A stretch of 27,152 nucleotides of DNA from a virus. Taxonomy: Duplodnaviria; Caudoviricetes. Below are positions 26,380 through 27,152 of the stretch, piece after piece. A program made the translations under genes and the position numbers. The stretch spans positions 1 through 27,152 of the IMG/VR virus record IMGVR_UViG_3300044267_002011; one strand, written 5' to 3'. Below the pieces are notes generated by a model, which saw only the letters and a list, made by a program, of their open reading frames with translations, did no database searches and was not told where the DNA came from. Numbering within the stretch: the first letter of the stretch is position 1; each line of letters opens with the position of its first letter.

Positions 26380-26754
26380 TTAAGCCTCAGCAGTTACGTT
26401 AGTAGCGCAACCAGTTATATGTGTACTAGCAAACACTGAGTTTGCAGCATCACAAATAGCTATCATAGGCTTGTCATAAACTTTAGCGGAGTTTATAGCC
26501 GCGCAAATATCATGTATAACTTCTTTGTGCTTATTTGCTGTTATAGTAAGTGTAACGTGATCAGCAGTAAATGTGTCATCGTCAGAACTGTTACCATAAC
26601 CTACGAGTGCTTTAAGTTCTATCTCTAGCTTATCAGTATCACCATGTGCTCTAAATCCTTTTAATCTACTTAAAGGAACACACAAACTATCAAAAGCAGT
26701 GTTAAAAAGCCCGTCAGACTCGTCCATGAAATATAAATATTTTTCTTTTACCAT
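26380..26754 (-). CDS. Hypothetical protein, paralogue A of a tandem pair
   Basis: 124 aa; shares LYFM, KGF, NKHKEV, NSV.AS.HITGC and VTAEA* with the upstream gene. Confidence 0.75.
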   Translation of the reverse strand: MVKEKYLYFMDESDGLFNTAFDSLCVPLSRLKGFRAHGDTDKLEIELKALVGYGNSSDDDTFTADHVTLTITANKHKEVIHDICAAINSAKVYDKPMIAICDAANSVFASTHITGCATNVTAEA

Positions 26755-26783
26755 TTTTCTATATTTTAAGTATTAATAATTAA

Positions 26784-27152
26784 TTAAGCTTCAGCTGTTA
26801 CTGTTATTGTACAACCTGTAATGTGAGAGCTTGCATATACTGAATTTGTATCATCTGCTACAACAATGAAACCATCGGAATGTGTTCCATGTATTAAATT
26901 TAGTATAGCCTCCATAACTTCCTTGTGTTTATTATCGGCTATTGCTAGCTCAACACTATCCGCAACAAATGTTGCATCGTCATGTGATCCTGAATATCCG
27001 ATCATTGGATCAAACTCCATGGTTAATTCATCTACAGCAGAAGATCCAGATTTATTTGTAAATCCTTTAAATCTTTCTACAGGGATAGCTACACAATCGT
27101 TAGCTGCGTTAAACGCACCATCAGTCTCTTCCATAAAATATAGAAACTTCTT
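26784..27152 (-). CDS. Hypothetical protein, paralogue B; 5' end lies beyond the window
   Basis: The frame stays open upstream of the ORF-track ATG (KKFLYF-MEETD), matching EKYLYF-MDESD of paralogue A, so the true start is off-window. Confidence 0.75.
   Translation of the reverse strand, partial: KKFLYFMEETDGAFNAANDCVAIPVERFKGFTNKSGSSAVDELTMEFDPMIGYSGSHDDATFVADSVELAIADNKHKEVMEAILNLIHGTHSDGFIVVADDTNSVYASSHITGCTITVTAEA

Larger units (their letters stand above)
1..27152 (-). mobile_element. Tailed dsDNA bacteriophage morphogenesis/packaging region (podovirus-type, probable Bacteroidota/Flavobacteriia host; crAss-like/marine flavophage-like organisation)
   Basis: Co-oriented, tightly packed terminase-portal-scaffold-capsid-ring-muzzle-ejection genes; no bacterial housekeeping genes; no tape measure or sheath; SD-less AT-rich leaders. 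Free phage versus prophage cannot be decided from this window. Confidence 0.93.

Noticed and set aside
1-27152. Stop-codon reassignment as in some crAss-like phages
   Set aside because: Genes are full length under the standard code; TAG (1828, 14417) and TGA (terL, terS) serve as ordinary stops and coding density is near complete.

Overview
The window is a 27-kb, AT-rich (about one-third GC by eye), densely packed virion morphogenesis region of a tailed dsDNA phage, with every credible gene on the minus strand. In transcription order (right to left): two tandem paralogues of unknown function, a winged-helix-like protein, a holin, two probable structural accessory proteins (one LamG/ConA-like), two small conserved proteins, a tandem-GroES-like co-chaperonin, probable terminase small subunit, terminase large subunit, portal, acidic scaffold-like protein, major capsid protein, a conserved capsid-adjacent protein, an unannotated 54-aa CGC microprotein, two tail ring/adaptor proteins, a 2261-aa muzzle/tail-stabilisation protein, two tail accessory proteins, a 119-aa protein, and two probable ejection (cargo) proteins, the last truncated. 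Gene order, short-tail architecture (no tape measure or sheath) and SD-less A-rich leaders point to a podovirus of Bacteroidota, probably Flavobacteriia, resembling crAss-like and marine flavobacterial phages. Product calls come from motif and synteny recognition, not database searches. The most notable observations: (i) a 19-bp candidate phage promoter (ATGTAAyTATAATATAGTA) ahead of two modules, with a degenerate third copy inside the portal 3' end; (ii) an apparently split muzzle gene whose C-terminal domain is encoded separately, with two genes in the break; (iii) a CGC microprotein heading a tail operon with Cys-rich inserts; (iv) a tandem-GroES module chained by overlaps to the packaging genes. 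No CRISPR, tRNA, integrase or recoding was seen.
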